UHGV virus genome: UHGV-0286546
DNA: 64,000 nucleotides
Reading direction: 5' to 3' (one strand)
DNA from: a virus
The notes under the pieces were generated by a model, which was given only the letters and a program-made list of their open reading frames with translations, searched no databases and was not told where the DNA came from. A program made the translations under genes and the position numbers. Of this stretch, positions 47,337 through 56,411 are shown piece by piece. How positions within the stretch are numbered: the stretch's first letter is position 1; each line of letters opens with the position of its first letter.

Positions 47337-48364
47337 GAATTTTATTTTTTAGTGATATACATTTTCATCATACACACCGCTTTTCGCATATTACTCCAGA
47401 AGGATATACGATTAGAGAGTTAGAGCATTTATCTTGTGCAGATACTATTGTTGATATTTGTAATAAAGAAAATATTGATAAAATAGTATTTGGCGGAGAT
47501 GCTTGGGGTCCAGTTACTGATACTATGTCTTGTCAAACTTTAAATGCAATGATTGATTTTTTTAAGAAAATTAGTGATTGTAAACCAGTTGATATTATCG
47601 TAGGTAATCATGATTTGAGCGGTAATACAAACAATAAATATGCACATAAATTAGCAACCTTTAAATATTGGAATAATATAAATGTATACGAGTATCCTAC
47701 TGTTGTTGGCGATTTTATATATATGCCTTATTGTGATAACGATGAGACAGCTGAATCGTTTTTAAAGAAAATAGAAAATAAGCAAGATAAAATTGTTTTT
47801 TCACACCTAGAAATAAATAACACTGATTTAGGTAATAATATTTTTACAACAAGAGGTGTAGATTTAGATGTATTAAAGCAATTTAAGATGACCTTACAAG
47901 GACATTATCATTCAGCTGTTAATCCTGCCAAAAATGTACAAATTTCTGGTTCAACACAAAGACTTTCATTTAAAGATAAAGGCGTCGCAAGAAAGAATAT
48001 AATTATCTACGATACTGAAACAAATAAAGTGAAGCGCGAATCGTTTAATTGTCCAGATTGGTTAACGTTTACAGACGATAATATAGAAAGTATCTTAAAC
48101 TATTCTAATGACAATTACTTTAAAGTTGATATTACAACAGATATTCTTTTGACAGATGAAATTCGTAATAAATTAAATAATGTAAAAGGTAAAGAAATTC
48201 ATATTGATTTAATGCGTATTTCAACTAATAAAAAAGTAGAAGAAGAGATAACTGTAGAAAACAATTCAGATATTTTAATTCAATTTATCAATAAGTCAAA
48301 TAATGACACTTTACAAAAGGAGGACTTAATTAAAAAAGGAAATGATTTATTAGAAAGAGTATAA
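47333..48364 (+). CDS. SbcD/Mre11-like nuclease (T4 gp47 analogue), 343 aa
   Basis: Phosphoesterase motifs FFSDIHF, GGDAWG, VGNHDL and GHYH. The start overlaps the SbcC-like stop (ATGA). Confidence 0.75.
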   Translation: MRILFFSDIHFHHTHRFSHITPEGYTIRELEHLSCADTIVDICNKENIDKIVFGGDAWGPVTDTMSCQTLNAMIDFFKKISDCKPVDIIVGNHDLSGNTNNKYAHKLATFKYWNNINVYEYPTVVGDFIYMPYCDNDETAESFLKKIENKQDKIVFSHLEINNTDLGNNIFTTRGVDLDVLKQFKMTLQGHYHSAVNPAKNVQISGSTQRLSFKDKGVARKNIIIYDTETNKVKRESFNCPDWLTFTDDNIESILNYSNDNYFKVDITTDILLTDEIRNKLNNVKGKEIHIDLMRISTNKKVEEEITVENNSDILIQFINKSNNDTLQKEDLIKKGNDLLERV

Positions 48365-48497
48365 TAATAGATTTGTTCTATATACTGTTTGGAAAATTAA
48401 TTTATTAGAATCCAAATTATATTTACTTCTATTTTATATGACAGATGTAATGTCACTGTATAAAACATACTTACTTTAACTTTTAGGAAATACTGAA

Positions 48498-49316
48498 ATG
48501 AATAAAAAAATTAATTTAGAATGGACAACAGCAATGTTAAATGATAACAGTAGTAAAATCGAAGCCGCAAGCGAATTGCCTCGTATTGATTGGGTTTCTA
48601 ACAATAGAGGTTTTAAAAGAGGTGTACAATTTAAAGTTGTTGCCGCAAATAGTAAAGAGAATGATATTTTTAGTTGGGTTGTTGGTACACACTGGCTCAA
48701 TCAGGTTGTAGAAGGTTCAACGGCTCGTTTTGTTTGCCCGGAACAAACTATGCATCTTAAAAAAGCTGGTGTTAAATGCCCAATCTGTGAAGCAAAACGT
48801 CAGTTGTTGGCTATGGGTTTCAAAGAAGAAGAATTGACAACACAAGGTAAGTTTGGTCCTCTTCCTATGTTTGATCCGCAAATTACTTCGAACGTAAAAG
48901 TAGTTGTTGTTGATTCAGACACCAAACAAGATTGGGATAAAGCACATATTTCTGTTTTGCAACAGAAAGGTTCATTCTTAACAAGATGGTTGATTGAACG
49001 TTATGTTGATAAAGACACTCCAGACTTGTTAGAATGGGAAAGAAGTAACACTATTAAATTCTCACGTCAGAGTGAAAATGGTCGTTGGGACAGAGAAATT
49101 TCATTTGCAACCTATAATCCTACAATGGATATTATTGAAAAACTCAAAGAAGAAAATGAAGCATTAGTTATGCCTGATTTGTGGAAAATGCCTAGTGATC
49201 AAGAGTTTGTACAGATGAAAATGCTGATGGATAAGAAAGTAGAAGAATTTAAATCTGCTCGTGATGTATTAAGATCTGTTACTGCTCCTGCGGTTGATGA
49301 TAGTATTCCGTTCTAA
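48498..49316 (+). CDS. gp32-like single-stranded DNA-binding protein (272 aa)
   Basis: The H-x13-C-x14-C-x2-C zinc-site spacing (THWLN...VCPEQ...KCPIC) resembles the T4 gp32 His64/Cys77/Cys87/Cys90 site. It also has an acidic C-terminal tail and lies next to the gp46/47 module. Confidence 0.55.
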   Translation: MNKKINLEWTTAMLNDNSSKIEAASELPRIDWVSNNRGFKRGVQFKVVAANSKENDIFSWVVGTHWLNQVVEGSTARFVCPEQTMHLKKAGVKCPICEAKRQLLAMGFKEEELTTQGKFGPLPMFDPQITSNVKVVVVDSDTKQDWDKAHISVLQQKGSFLTRWLIERYVDKDTPDLLEWERSNTIKFSRQSENGRWDREISFATYNPTMDIIEKLKEENEALVMPDLWKMPSDQEFVQMKMLMDKKVEEFKSARDVLRSVTAPAVDDSIPF

Positions 49317-49336
49317 ATTAATACTTGCAGAAAGGA

Positions 49337-49367
49337 TAGGAGAGCCCAAAAACTCTCCTATTTTTAT
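49337..49367 (+). terminator. Rho-independent terminator
   Basis: TAGGAGAG, an 8-nt loop, CTCTCCTA, then TTTTTAT. Confidence 0.65.
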
Positions 49368-49370
49368 ATC

Positions 49371-49838
49371 ATGAAAAAAACACCACTCAAAGCAAAATCA
49401 CAATTAAAAGCTAAAACCGGTTTAAAAAGTAAATCTGGTCTTAAGAAAACTACTACTTTGAAAGCAAAATCTTCGTTATGCTCATTTTCGGCTTTAAAAA
49501 ATTCAGGAACAGCATTAAAGAAAACAATATTGAATAAACAGAATAAAGAAGCTAAAGACAAATGGGAAGAAACAAGACAAAAAGTTATTCAAAGAGATAA
49601 AGGTAAATGCCAAATTTGTGGAAAACCAGGTACACAAGTTCATCATATTCATATGAGAAGTAAAAGAAAGGATTTATTATATAATATGAATAATTTAATC
49701 TTATTGTGTGACGAACACCATTTTCACAAAGCAACAGAAAAATATTTTGAACAAACACAGTTAATTGCGAATTCTAAAGGTATTACTGTAGAAGAATTAT
49801 TAAAGCAGGCTGAACAAAAGAAGGAAAAAGAAGAATGA
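49371..49838 (+). CDS. HNH endonuclease (155 aa), likely a free-standing homing endonuclease
   Basis: CQICG...HHIH...N...LCDEHHFH, an HNH/zinc motif. The N-terminal basic region has KAKS/KSKS repeats. The gene starts directly after a terminator. Confidence 0.7.
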   Translation: MKKTPLKAKSQLKAKTGLKSKSGLKKTTTLKAKSSLCSFSALKNSGTALKKTILNKQNKEAKDKWEETRQKVIQRDKGKCQICGKPGTQVHHIHMRSKRKDLLYNMNNLILLCDEHHFHKATEKYFEQTQLIANSKGITVEELLKQAEQKKEKEE

Positions 49839-50242
49839 ATATTAAAAAGTATTTAGATATGTCAAATTATAAAAGAAAACTACGGCGCTGGATTATAAAT
49901 TGGTTAGCTCCTACTGAATTCGAATATGCAAATTCTCCTTTTCAGTCAGGGGATAATATTATGATAGTTGTACGTGACAATTATTATGAGGGTGAAGGTT
50001 TAGTTGTGAGATGGGGTAGAAACGGTTCGGATTGGTATAGAGAGGGATATTTTACTAAGAAGTCTGTATGTAAGTTGTATAGTGAACTTCATAATATTCA
50101 ACCGAAATATATCCTTATTATAAAAGAGCAAGATCAAAGTACAGAAGCTATCGAAGAGTTTATAAAAGAAGTTAGAAATACTTGTGAATATACTAAAATT
50201 GAAGTAAAAAATAATAACGGTAAAGTCAGAATGTTTAATTGA
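49835..50242 (+). CDS. Hypothetical protein (135 aa)
   Basis: ORF with an ATGA overlap with the HNH gene. Confidence 0.45.
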   Translation: MNIKKYLDMSNYKRKLRRWIINWLAPTEFEYANSPFQSGDNIMIVVRDNYYEGEGLVVRWGRNGSDWYREGYFTKKSVCKLYSELHNIQPKYILIIKEQDQSTEAIEEFIKEVRNTCEYTKIEVKNNNGKVRMFN

Positions 50243-50709
50243 AAGGAAATAACATGACAGACCTCGAATTTGATATAGAAAAAGTTGAAAGTTTAGATTT
50301 TGATGATTTAGCTAAACAATTAAAATATATCTTCAAAACAGAACAAGATATAGTTAATTTTGTAAATTTCTTAAAAAACATTCAAAAATTCGTTAATCTT
50401 TCTAATGATAAAAGACATATGACACTTATTCAGCTTGGATATTTTAAAAGTCAAATTCAGAAATATGAAAAGCAAATAAAAAATCTTTTAGATAAGAAAA
50501 AGAATCAGCAAGTAAAAGAAGCCATTAAAAAAGCCAAATGCTGTGGTGAAAAAGTTACAGAAAATATTATTCAATACTACGCAGAAGAAGATAATGTTAT
50601 TGAAGGATTAGAAGATCTATATATTTTAGTTACCGCTTGGACAAGTTATATGCAAGATTTATATTATTTAACTGGTCAGACAAATAAAAATATTGGCGGA
50701 ATATATTAG
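50239..50709 (+). CDS. Hypothetical protein (156 aa)
   Basis: ORF overlapping the previous gene by 4 nt. Confidence 0.45.
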   Translation: MKGNNMTDLEFDIEKVESLDFDDLAKQLKYIFKTEQDIVNFVNFLKNIQKFVNLSNDKRHMTLIQLGYFKSQIQKYEKQIKNLLDKKKNQQVKEAIKKAKCCGEKVTENIIQYYAEEDNVIEGLEDLYILVTAWTSYMQDLYYLTGQTNKNIGGIY

Positions 50710-50811
50710 AATTGGAAATTTATATTGTATATTTTTTGTTTTTGGTTTTCGTTTTTATTTTATTTATGATTATAATTGATTTATAATAATTGATAAAAAG
50801 GAGAAAGCGTT

Positions 50812-51843
50812 TTGGTTAAGCAAATAAAAAAAGCTCGTATCGAAAAAAGAGTAAATAGAAAACAAAGTCTAAAAAAGTTCTTTGATTCTAATTGTACTGA
50901 TGAGCAATCTTTTTTTAATGCCTGTAAAGGTGATGAAAATCTTTTAATTTATACCTGTTTAACTAAAGAAGAACGGGAAGTATATTTTGAAAAACTTCGT
51001 GAATTAGAAGATACTCCTGCAAAAATCGATTATCTTTTAACGAATCAACCTTTTGCTAATGAAACAGTTGAAAGGTATGATAGAGTTACTAAAGCCATTG
51101 CCAAATATTTAAAAGGTTATATTGAATACAATGGTTTTAGAATGAGTAATGCAGAAGGTACCTATGAAGATTGGACTTCTGAGTTTTGGGCAAAGTATTG
51201 TAAGGTATGTGATTTTTATCGTACAAGATGGTTTTTTCCTGAAAAGTTAAAAAAGACTAGTACAGTTTCGCATTCTCCTATGCTGCTTAAAGAAATTGTT
51301 TATATCATTCGTTTATCGATTAGTGGTGAACGCAAGCATCGTGCATTCTTGGCAACTCAAAATATGGAAGATTCTGTATTTAAGTTATCATTAGATACAA
51401 CATTAGAAGTTGGTGATAATGAAAAAACTTTAGCAGATGTAATACCAGATGAAGAACACGATGTTGATTATATTCTGGACCAAGCAAGTACAAATAAAAT
51501 TTTAGATAAAGCTTTATCAATTTGTAAAGAATATCCAGACGCGGTTAAATATTATGAAAGAATTAAAGATTTTTATGAGAAACAGGATCCGATTGGGTTT
51601 GATAAGAAAACAATTATCCTAGGTAAAATCTTTTTGTATAAAGCGGGTTTAGTGTCAGCAAAAATATTAGCGTTTGTAAAAGCCTTATCAGCAACATACA
51701 AAGCTAAATATAATTTAAGTAATGCTAAAATAAATAGTCAATTAGCCGAATATAAAAATAAAAAAGTCATTAAATATAAAAAACCGACTAATGAAAATTT
51801 AGGTTGGCGTGATTTAATTTTAAGAAAACGAGGAGAGTTGTAA
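50812..51843 (+). CDS. Hypothetical protein (343 aa), TTG start with a strong AAGGAG RBS
   Basis: The TTG is preceded by AAAAGGAGAAAGCG. The ORF is protein-like. Its function was not recognised. Confidence 0.45.
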   Translation: MVKQIKKARIEKRVNRKQSLKKFFDSNCTDEQSFFNACKGDENLLIYTCLTKEEREVYFEKLRELEDTPAKIDYLLTNQPFANETVERYDRVTKAIAKYLKGYIEYNGFRMSNAEGTYEDWTSEFWAKYCKVCDFYRTRWFFPEKLKKTSTVSHSPMLLKEIVYIIRLSISGERKHRAFLATQNMEDSVFKLSLDTTLEVGDNEKTLADVIPDEEHDVDYILDQASTNKILDKALSICKEYPDAVKYYERIKDFYEKQDPIGFDKKTIILGKIFLYKAGLVSAKILAFVKALSATYKAKYNLSNAKINSQLAEYKNKKVIKYKKPTNENLGWRDLILRKRGEL

Positions 51844-52094
51844 TGAATACTAATGCTGATTCTGATAATTCTGGTTATTTGGAAGGTATCGGTGTTTTTT
51901 GTATTATACTTGCGATTATTGGAATGTTGTGTATTCCTGGTGCAATTGTATATCAATATAATAAAATATCACTCGGAGCTGAAATCATCAATGAACTATG
52001 TAACGCTGGTAATGGAAAGTATGAATTTTGTGAATTGAAAGAAACTACTTTTCATTATGAAGAAGCTGCTAAAAAAGAAAAAGGAACAAAATAA
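51843..52094 (+). CDS. Small membrane protein (83 aa)
   Basis: One clear hydrophobic helix, IGVFCIILAIIGMLCIPGAIVY. Confidence 0.45.
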   Translation: MNTNADSDNSGYLEGIGVFCIILAIIGMLCIPGAIVYQYNKISLGAEIINELCNAGNGKYEFCELKETTFHYEEAAKKEKGTK

Positions 52095-52703
52095 ATGACA
52101 GAGATTGCTTTAATTACTGCGATTGGACCAAATGGAATAATTGGAGTTGGTAATAAGTTACCTTGGCATTCAAAACAAGATTTTTATAATTTTAAAACCA
52201 TAACTAAAGGTTATCCGTGTATTTTTGGTGATAAAACTTTTTTTGGATTACCTAAATATCCATTAAAGAATAGAGTTAATATTGTAGTTAATCCAGAATA
52301 TAAAGAAGAAGGCGAAAATATTGTTTGCTCTGCATTTAATACTAAGGTTGAACCAGTAGAGCATTATTATACTGGATCTTTTTTAAAACTAAACAGTATT
52401 GAGAATGCTATTAAAACAAGTATGAATTATGATAAGATTTTTATTTGTGGCGGAGCAGGTGTATATAAATATTGTTTAGAAAATAACTTAGTTAATACAG
52501 TATATCTTACTAAAATTATATCTCCGACATTACAAAACGATTCGGTTAAAAATCCAGACAGATATGTATTCTTTCCTATTGATTTTAATGAATACTTTAA
52601 AAAAGATTGGGTAAGAGTTCCATTTGAATATAAAGAAGAATTACCTGAAGAAAATGAAGATATTACTGTATTATTTCAAAAATGGATTAAACTTAAAAAC
52701 TGA
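52095..52703 (+). CDS. frd: Dihydrofolate reductase (202 aa)
   Basis: IALITAIGPNGIIGVGNKLPW matches the DHFR N-terminal substrate/NADPH-binding block. Size is appropriate. Confidence 0.75.
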   Translation: MTEIALITAIGPNGIIGVGNKLPWHSKQDFYNFKTITKGYPCIFGDKTFFGLPKYPLKNRVNIVVNPEYKEEGENIVCSAFNTKVEPVEHYYTGSFLKLNSIENAIKTSMNYDKIFICGGAGVYKYCLENNLVNTVYLTKIISPTLQNDSVKNPDRYVFFPIDFNEYFKKDWVRVPFEYKEELPEENEDITVLFQKWIKLKN

Positions 52704-52740
52704 GTTGTTCTAAATATTGTCACAAAGGCATAGCCGTGAC

Positions 52741-52787
52741 GAGAGTAGCTAAGGTTTCCCCCTCCTTTTCCTGGCTACTCTTTTTTT
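52741..52787 (+). terminator. Rho-independent terminator after frd, preceded by a second short hairpin (GTCAC...GTGAC at about 52709..52730)
   Basis: GAGAGTAGC, a structured 24-nt loop, GCTACTCT, then TTTTTTT. Confidence 0.6.
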
Positions 52788-53142
52788 ATTGTCCTTCTGC
52801 AGGATCAAATGTTGGAGTTAGTCTTAAATTTATACCTGTATTTACCCATAACTCAGTATCTGGATTATCCGCTTCAAAGGCAATCCAAGATGTTAAACAA
52901 TTCATAGGGTGTACACAATCTTTTTGCAACCAGTCATCCCAAATTAAAATAAGATCTTTAAACTCAGGTATGATTATCTTTTTGCTTCCATTTTTATTTA
53001 CATATCTTGTTACATTAGACCCATATAACTGTACATTGCCATTAACAGGTTGAAAAATGACAAGTCCCAAATTAGTCATATCAGTAGCATAAACTTTATT
53101 AGGTTTTAAACAGAATCCCAATTTAATATTCCCTTTATACAA
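52786..53142 (-). CDS. Hypothetical protein (118 aa), convergent with frd
   Basis: More protein-like than the overlapping plus-strand ORF 52736..53053. Its stop abuts the terminator hairpin. Confidence 0.4.
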   Translation of the reverse strand: MYKGNIKLGFCLKPNKVYATDMTNLGLVIFQPVNGNVQLYGSNVTRYVNKNGSKKIIIPEFKDLILIWDDWLQKDCVHPMNCLTSWIAFEADNPDTELWVNTGINLRLTPTFDPAEGQ

Positions 53143-53173
53143 TTTTGGTTTGCTTTTTATAATTAGAACAACA

Positions 53174-53189
53174 AAGTTCTAAAGACTAT
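53174..53189 (+). promoter_or_regulatory. Conserved element AAGTTCTAAAGACTAT immediately 5' of, and overlapping, the start codon of 53188..53631; it is embedded in the palindrome TTAGAAC-N6-GTTCTAA
   Basis: Exact 16-mer match to minus-strand 11563..11578. Confidence 0.4.
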
Positions 53190-53631
53190 GAAACACAGAA
53201 TATTCCAAACAAATTCATTAAGATTGAATCGTTTAATTGGTTGTGGAGATCATACACATGGACCACATCCAGAATGGTTTTATAATGGATCTTTAAAATT
53301 TGAAGAAGATGAAAACGGACCTAGAGTTTTTCAAAGCTTATCTGGGGCAGTAGCTTATTTTACAGAAAAAAGTTATGAATGTGAAAGATCAAGAGGTCAA
53401 TACGTCACTTGGGCAGAAGCAACTGCAAATAACTGGGTTTTATACGTATATATCGGACCAGATACTTCAGATGCTAATTACAGTAATCCAAAAAACTGGT
53501 GGCCATTCGGTGAAGCTAGACCAGAACCGTATTCTCATATAAGCGAAGCAATTAATGCTGATAAAGCTTTTGTTGAAAAATTAGATGCGCATTATACAAT
53601 AGAAGAAAACTTAGAAGTTAAGCAGGACTAA
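53188..53631 (+). CDS. Hypothetical protein (147 aa) preceding the tail-fiber genes
   Basis: ORF with a CGDHTHGPHPEW His/Cys-rich segment. Confidence 0.45.
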   Translation: MKHRIFQTNSLRLNRLIGCGDHTHGPHPEWFYNGSLKFEEDENGPRVFQSLSGAVAYFTEKSYECERSRGQYVTWAEATANNWVLYVYIGPDTSDANYSNPKNWWPFGEARPEPYSHISEAINADKAFVEKLDAHYTIEENLEVKQD

Positions 53632-53635
53632 TACA

Positions 53636-56308
53636 ATGGAATTAAAAGAAGATAGAATTATACATCGTTTTATTAGAGATATTTCTGAATATGAATCTGG
53701 CGGAGAGTATTATAATCAAGTAATTCCTGCTGATACACAGGCTTATGCAATTTATTCTAGTGGTGAAAAAACTGGATTATACTATGTACTAGGTGATGAT
53801 GCTCATACATATACAGAAATCAGAGATGGATACGGTAGTAAAAAAAGCGCAAAAGAATATCCAGTTTTCACATCCGATCACGTTAATACAATTAATAGAA
53901 AAGCCGACAAATCATATGTAGATGCAGAATTTGTTAATGCAGAAACTGAATGGACAGCACAAATAAAAGCAGAAGAATCTAGAGCAACAGGTTCTGAAAA
54001 TACAATTACTGTAGCATTGAATGATGAAACTGCTCGTGCTGTATTAGAAGAAGATAAATTAAATAAAAAAATCGATACTGAAACGAATCGTGCTACAACT
54101 AAAGAAAATACAATTACTTCCAATTTAAATGCACATATTAATAATAAAAATAATCCACACACTGTTACAAAAGCTCAAGTTGGTTTAGGAAATTGCGATA
54201 ATACTTCAGACGCTAATAAACCTATATCTATTGCTACTCAATCTGCTTTAGATATATTAACAAGTGGATTAGAAACTGAAACAAATAGAGCTACTACTCG
54301 TGAAAATAGTATAAATAATGCATTGACAGCCGAAGTAACTCGTGCAACAAATAGAGAAAGTGTAATAGAAGAAGATTTGAATGCCCATTCTACTTCTACG
54401 ACAAATCCACACAATGTCACAAAGTCTCAAGTAGGATTAGGTAACTGTGACAATACTTCAGATGTTAATAAACCTGTTAGTAAGGCCACACAAGAAGAAT
54501 TAAATACAATTACTAATAACCTAGAAGCAGAAGTCACAAGAGCTACTACTGCAGAAACAACGATTAGTAATAATCTAAATAATGAAATTACTAGAGCAGA
54601 AAGTAAGGAAACTGCAATAGAAACTTCTTTAAATACTCATATAGCAAATAAAACTAATCCGCACGAAGTAACAAAAACTCAAATTGGATTAGGAAATTGT
54701 GATAATACGGCTGACCTCGATAAACCAATTTCAAGGGCAGTACAAGTAGTTTTAGACAAAAAAGCAGATAAAGCTACAACTTTACAAGGTTATAACATTT
54801 CGGATGCATATACAAAAGCAGAAATTGATAACAAATTAACTGCAGTATATAAATTCAAAGGATCAGTAGATACTTATAATGATTTACCTAATAAAGATTT
54901 GACTGTCGGTGATGTATATAACATATTAGATACTGGCGCAAATTATGGTTGGACAGGAAGTGTTTGGGATAAACTTGGTGAAAATATTGACTTGTCTCCA
55001 TATGCTTTAAAATCTGAATTGCCAACTAAAGTATCAGAATTACAAAACGATGCAGGTTATCTAACAGAAATTCCAGAAGAATATCTAACTGTTGAAGAAG
55101 CAGCTAGAGTATATGCTACGAATGCAGACGTTGCAGAAAAAGCAAACACTGCAGATTTAGCTGCTGTTGCAACATCAGGTAATTATAATGATCTAGAAAA
55201 CAAACCGACGAAAGTATCTGAATTTACAAATGATAGTGGATATTTAACTGAACATCAAGATATTTCTGATAAAGCAGATATTACGTATGTAAATGAACAA
55301 GTTGCTGTTAAGCAGGATATCTTATCTGGTGCAAAAGGTGAAGTATTTTATAGTAACGGCAATAGTGTATTTTCACAAACAATATTAAACGAAAGTAAAG
55401 TCGTTACAACAACTGCCGATTTAAATGCTTGTAAAAATAGTGCACCGTCCTTTGAAGAAGTATTTAATACATGGACAAAGTTTTCACATTTAAATGGTAA
55501 TGATAATGCTGTAGCCAGCGAATTATCTGCTTGGACATATGATTCATCTAAAGATACAATTGTTCAACCGCAGAATACTACATCGTATTGCGGCTTTATT
55601 TCACCAAATACATATTCCGAATATGATATTACTGTAAGATTATATTCTACAGGTTCAGATAACGATACAATCGGTTTAGTCGCTGCTTTTGCGACAGATC
55701 CTAGTGGTAAACAGCACACTTTATCGTTTTTAAGAAGTCCGGGTGGTACAGACGCTAAATGGATATGTAAAGTTGATTATTGTACATTCGCAATGACTCA
55801 AACTACTTATAATCAAATAACATTAGCTGATAAATCTTCTACGATTACCGGTTCAGATGCCAACTGGAGTACTTCGATTATTGGAACAGGAACGATTGTT
55901 AATATGAAACGTAATGGAAACGTATTTACTGCTAAATGTTCACAATTTAATTCTTCAGTATTAGACGATAATACTACAATTACAATTGATTTAGATGCTT
56001 TATCGAGTACATATCCAGTTTTGAATTACTTTAAAGGTTCTGCTGCTTGGGGGTATAGTACATTTTCACAACCATATTCAATGTATGAAAATATTTCGGT
56101 TACTGATCCGTCAGGATATATTTTAGATGTTAAAAATAATCAAACCTTACAATATGATTCGTCTAGTTCTTCGTGGAAAGTAATTAAAGGTTTAGTTCCA
56201 GCAGAAGTAATAGGAGCAGGCCGATTATCATATAATAAAATTACAGGTAAGTTATTTTATTGTACTGGTTCGACTATTTTTCAAATCGCTACCAATGCAA
56301 ATATTTGA
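53636..56308 (+). CDS. Long tail fiber protein (890 aa) with T4-type fiber repeats
   Basis: Three 84-aa repeats containing NPH.VTK.Q.GLGNCDNT.D..KP.S. It shares its N-terminal domain with the next gene. Confidence 0.7.
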   Translation: MELKEDRIIHRFIRDISEYESGGEYYNQVIPADTQAYAIYSSGEKTGLYYVLGDDAHTYTEIRDGYGSKKSAKEYPVFTSDHVNTINRKADKSYVDAEFVNAETEWTAQIKAEESRATGSENTITVALNDETARAVLEEDKLNKKIDTETNRATTKENTITSNLNAHINNKNNPHTVTKAQVGLGNCDNTSDANKPISIATQSALDILTSGLETETNRATTRENSINNALTAEVTRATNRESVIEEDLNAHSTSTTNPHNVTKSQVGLGNCDNTSDVNKPVSKATQEELNTITNNLEAEVTRATTAETTISNNLNNEITRAESKETAIETSLNTHIANKTNPHEVTKTQIGLGNCDNTADLDKPISRAVQVVLDKKADKATTLQGYNISDAYTKAEIDNKLTAVYKFKGSVDTYNDLPNKDLTVGDVYNILDTGANYGWTGSVWDKLGENIDLSPYALKSELPTKVSELQNDAGYLTEIPEEYLTVEEAARVYATNADVAEKANTADLAAVATSGNYNDLENKPTKVSEFTNDSGYLTEHQDISDKADITYVNEQVAVKQDILSGAKGEVFYSNGNSVFSQTILNESKVVTTTADLNACKNSAPSFEEVFNTWTKFSHLNGNDNAVASELSAWTYDSSKDTIVQPQNTTSYCGFISPNTYSEYDITVRLYSTGSDNDTIGLVAAFATDPSGKQHTLSFLRSPGGTDAKWICKVDYCTFAMTQTTYNQITLADKSSTITGSDANWSTSIIGTGTIVNMKRNGNVFTAKCSQFNSSVLDDNTTITIDLDALSSTYPVLNYFKGSAAWGYSTFSQPYSMYENISVTDPSGYILDVKNNQTLQYDSSSSSWKVIKGLVPAEVIGAGRLSYNKITGKLFYCTGSTIFQIATNANI
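54070..54760 (+). repeat. Three tandem copies of an approximately 252-nt (84-aa) coding repeat inside the fiber gene
   Basis: NPHTVTKAQVGLGNCDNTSDANKPIS, NPHNVTKSQVGLGNCDNTSDVNKPVS and NPHEVTKTQIGLGNCDNTADLDKPIS lie at 252-nt spacing. Each is preceded by TETNRATT-type segments. Confidence 0.65.
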
Positions 56309-56339
56309 TAGTATTGTAACCTTATAATTATTTAGTTAT

Positions 56340-56352
56340 CAAAGTTCTAAAC
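56340..56352 (+). promoter_or_regulatory. Element CAAAGTTCTAAAC, about 60 nt upstream of the second fiber gene
   Basis: Shares AAGTTCTAAA with the 16-mer pair. Confidence 0.3.
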
Positions 56353-56411
56353 ATAAGATAATTTCATAAGGTTTTAATAAAAACCTATTAAACAGGTTAA
56401 ATAAGAATAAA

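Noticed and set aside
52736-53053. Plus-strand ORF (105 aa) overlapping the 52786..53142 minus-strand ORF
   Set aside because: Its composition is low-complexity S/F/L and it would start inside the frd terminator hairpin. The minus-strand reading is more protein-like.
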